Source: Felis catus | Lineage: Eukaryota | NCBI RefSeq assembly: GCF_018350175.1 | Contig: NC_058383.1 | Location: 29,328,001 to 29,392,000, forward strand | Reading direction: 5' to 3' | DNA: 64,000 nt | In this document: positions 63,128 to 64,000 of the stretch, in pieces | Position numbering within the stretch: the first letter of the stretch is position 1 | How the letters are laid out: each line of letters starts with the position of its first letter | Notes under the pieces: model-generated | What the model saw: only the letters and a program-made list of their open reading frames with translations | The model's database searches: none | What the model was told of the DNA's origin: nothing | Position numbers and translations under genes: made by a program

Positions 63128-63862
63128 TATATAGTATCTTTAGATAAATAACTAAATGGTTATGATAAATTCTAATAATTTTATAATTATTAAACCCAAT
63201 TTAATGATCCTGGTAATTAAAATGATATATTTTTGTTAAAAAAAAAAAAAAGGACAGAATGCCATCTCTGAAATCAGAGGACATATCCCAAAAGTCCTTC
63301 CTTTTTTTTTACATTTTAAATACACGGATATCAAATGTGTAGTACTTCAGATATAAAGAGATTAACAAATAAGCCCTATGGAAACCACTATTTTATAAGG
63401 AGGGACAAGTTTTCCTGTTATTTCTCAGACGAAGGACCGTCAAGAGTCTGAACAATTAAGTACGGGTGTAAACGAATACTACGATTGGGTAAAAGAGCCT
63501 GATAACTTGGCTTGTAAAGTGTGTTCACGCTCCTGAGGACAGGAACCTCGGCAGGGGTGTTCGGGACTGGAATGTGACCATCTCACCATCGGTGACCACT
63601 GATTAACCTCCGCTTACGGGAGAGGCAGGAACTTCGCCAGGGATGGGCGAATGGCAGGGGAGGCCGAGGAATGCGATTCCTAGCTCCTTCTAAGTCCCCG
63701 TTACGTAATGATGGCATCAGTCAAGAGCAGTGTTGGGTGCACACAAGTGACCAGTGCCACGGGTCTCCTCCTGCCCAAAGCTGCAGTATGGATGATGAAG
63801 AGATGACAGAATACACTTTATCAGCTTTAAAAAAAGTCATCCAAATCCCTGCTCCATTTCCA

Positions 63863-64000
63863 TTTTTTTTAACGTTTATTTATTACTGGGAGACAGAGAG
63901 ACACAGAGTGTGAGCAGGCGAGGGGCAGAGAGAGGAAGACACAGAATCCAAAGCAGGCTCCAGGCTCTGAGCTGTCAGCAAAAAGCCCGATGCGGGACTC
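63863..64000 (-). mobile_element. Can-SINE, truncated by the window edge
   Basis: T tail followed by gagacagagagacacagag...gcaggctccaggctctgagctgtcagc. Confidence 0.88.

Noticed and set aside
1..64000. CRISPR arrays, operons, rRNA or tRNA genes, intact retroviral or transposase ORFs
   Set aside because: None seen. The tRNA-like A and B boxes all belong to SINE heads, and the window is a eukaryotic intron-exon locus.

Overview
Mammalian genomic DNA, almost certainly a felid (dense young tRNA-derived Can-SINEs of the SINEC_Fc type). The window holds most of MRTFB (MKL2, myocardin-related transcription factor B) on the minus strand. I traced 13 coding exons with consistent splice phases, from the alternative first coding exon MIDSSKK... 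(57679) to the PPRY-containing exon (1452): 2664 nt, 888 codons, covering RPEL1-3, the basic regions, Q-rich region, SAP domain and leucine zipper. The exons for the C-terminal transactivation domain lie beyond position 1. Introns contain about 27 Can-SINEs plus old L1, L2, MIR and DNA-transposon relics. I see no prokaryote-type or wholly new genetic system. The most interesting signals concern isoform control of this actin-sensing coactivator: a GC-AG intron directly after RPEL3 followed by a sense-oriented SINE poly(A) signal, a 63-nt in-frame cassette and a 12-nt in-frame microexon candidate ahead of RPEL1, several microexon or poison-exon candidates in the intron after exon F, a NAGNAG acceptor, a uORF whose stop overlaps the start codon, an AP-1/E-box module and a perfect RFX X-box. 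Cassette-exon calls rest on splice motifs and reading frame only and need RNA-seq or conservation support. Repeat boundaries and subfamily names are by eye and approximate.
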